A stretch of 64,000 bases of DNA from NCBI GenBank assembly GCA_029263395.1, contig JAJCXO010000036.1:1638-65637 (forward strand). The letters run 5' to 3'. The notes under the pieces are model-generated. The model was not told the DNA's origin and ran no database searches. It saw nothing but the letters and a program-made list of their open reading frames with translations. Shown piece after piece: positions 63,124 through 64,000 of this stretch. This stretch comes from Acidobacteriota bacterium. Its GTDB lineage: Bacteria > Acidobacteriota > Thermoanaerobaculia > Multivoradales > J023. Every line of letters begins with the position of its first letter. The first letter of the stretch is position 1. The position numbers and the translations under genes are program-made.

Positions 63124-64000
63124 ATGACGAGCTCGACCTGGTACCTCGAAAGCCGCCAGGACGAACGCGGGAGAGTCCGCAGAACTGTAGTGCGCCCGCT
63201 GCCACTCCGGATCGGTAGACAAGTGGATTCCGACTTGTTTCTCAACTCGAGTCACGGCTCTCAGCGTCATGCTGAGCTCTTTGAGCAACATGGCAAGCTT
63301 TGGATACGTGATCTCGAGAGCACCAACGGCACCTCGGTCAACGGCCAGCGCATCAACGCTCCGCAGGAGCTCCATCACGGCGACATCCTGCATTTTGCTG
63401 ATTGTGAGCTGCGGGCGGTTGAGCTGCCGTCCGAACCCACTATGCAGACCACCCAGGTCTTCTCGCTCGATGAGCGCGAGCGGCTAGAATCTCAAGTCCG
63501 GGCGCCTGCCGCGTTTCGCGAAATGTTACGAAGACGCAATCTCAGAACCGACTTTCAGCCAGTTGTTCAACTCGCGGACCAGCAAGTCACGGGTTATGAA
63601 GTACTGGGCCGCGCAGAACTCGGCGGGATGGACGCGACTCCAGATGAACTGTTCTACATTGCCGAGAAACTCGGTGACGAGATCGAGCTGTCCCAAGCAT
63701 TTCGTGATGTCGGCCTCGATCTCACCCAGCAGCTGCCGCGCTCCGAGCGACCATCTCAGCCGTTGTTCTTCCTCAATACCCATCCAGCTGAACTAGCGAG
63801 GCCAGATGAGTTGATCGCATCGATCCAAGGCCTTCGCCAAAACTTCCCGGCAGAAGAACTGGTGCTCGAAATCCATGAAGCGGCGGTCACGGAGATGTCC
63901 TCACTACGGGCTCTGCGCAATGCTCTCGAAGAGCTCCGAATCGACCTTGCCTTTGATGATTTCGGGACCGGGCAGGCGCGCCTGCTCGAACTCACCGAGA
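63124..64000 (+). CDS. FHA domain - EAL domain protein (c-di-GMP phosphodiesterase-like), 3' end outside the window
   Basis: My own translation in the frame containing position 63124 gives MTSSTWYLESRQDERGRVRRTVVRPLPLRIGRQVDSDLFLNSSHGSQRHAELFEQHGKLWIRDLESTNGTSVNGQRI (FHA). It continues FQPVVQLADQQVTGYEVLGR...LFFLNTHPAEL...LVLEIHE...LAFDDFGTGQARL (EAL). It is missing from the ORF track because no stop codon lies in the window. Confidence 0.75.
   Translation, partial: MTSSTWYLESRQDERGRVRRTVVRPLPLRIGRQVDSDLFLNSSHGSQRHAELFEQHGKLWIRDLESTNGTSVNGQRINAPQELHHGDILHFADCELRAVELPSEPTMQTTQVFSLDERERLESQVRAPAAFREMLRRRNLRTDFQPVVQLADQQVTGYEVLGRAELGGMDATPDELFYIAEKLGDEIELSQAFRDVGLDLTQQLPRSERPSQPLFFLNTHPAELARPDELIASIQGLRQNFPAEELVLEIHEAAVTEMSSLRALRNALEELRIDLAFDDFGTGQARLLELTE

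Noticed and set aside
1-64000. Mobile genetic element or defence island (transposase, integrase, toxin-antitoxin, restriction or Cas genes)
   Set aside because: No ORF showed the corresponding motifs. The only insertion-like signature is the short duplication around 40297-40545.

Overview
High-GC bacterial chromosomal window. The gene content suggests Acidobacteriota: an ADOP-type duplicated FtsX permease, a TIGR02999-like ECF sigma factor paired with a Ser/Thr kinase, and a CarboxypepD_reg-type TonB-dependent receptor. I found no rRNA, tRNA, CRISPR array, transposase or integrase. All domain calls rest on motifs read by eye from the ORF track or from my own translations; no HMM or BLAST search was possible.

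Four blocks:

(1) 1-8460, minus strand. A seven-gene envelope operon: periplasmic helical-repeat/caspase-fold protease, FadL-like barrel, two paralogous secreted 4x35-aa repeat proteins (fibre or amyloid candidates), a small secreted protein, a CsgG-like lipoprotein, and an ECF sigma factor cut by the window edge.

(2) 8777-29232. A signalling-dense region. It holds an FHA-sigma54 activator lying divergent to a textbook -24/-12 promoter, which drives a secreted protein with four TKEGDEIDPVLL repeats. It also holds an ECF sigma factor with a kinase-TPR partner, a 3344-aa secreted giant (LVIVD, Kelch, caspase-fold C25-like peptidase, DUF11, GEVED) and a second kinase-TPR protein.

(3) 32135-55366. 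A tandem 43-bp palindrome array, followed by a hybrid NRPS/glycan locus. The locus contains a stand-alone A domain, an acyl-CoA dehydrogenase-like gene, a C-A-T NRPS whose A domain is interrupted by a PP-loop ATPase domain, a C-A-T-TE NRPS, five glycosyltransferases, two sulfotransferases, a methyltransferase and a flippase. An 8.5-kb sub-block of this locus is bracketed by a ~165-bp inverted repeat.

(4) 55553-64000. Housekeeping genes (aldo/keto reductase, ppdK, TonB-dependent receptor) and an edge-truncated FHA-EAL protein.

The best candidates for new biology are the CsgG-like/caspase/repeat-fibre operon and the NRPS with a PP-loop domain embedded in its A domain, together with its sulfo-glyco locus.
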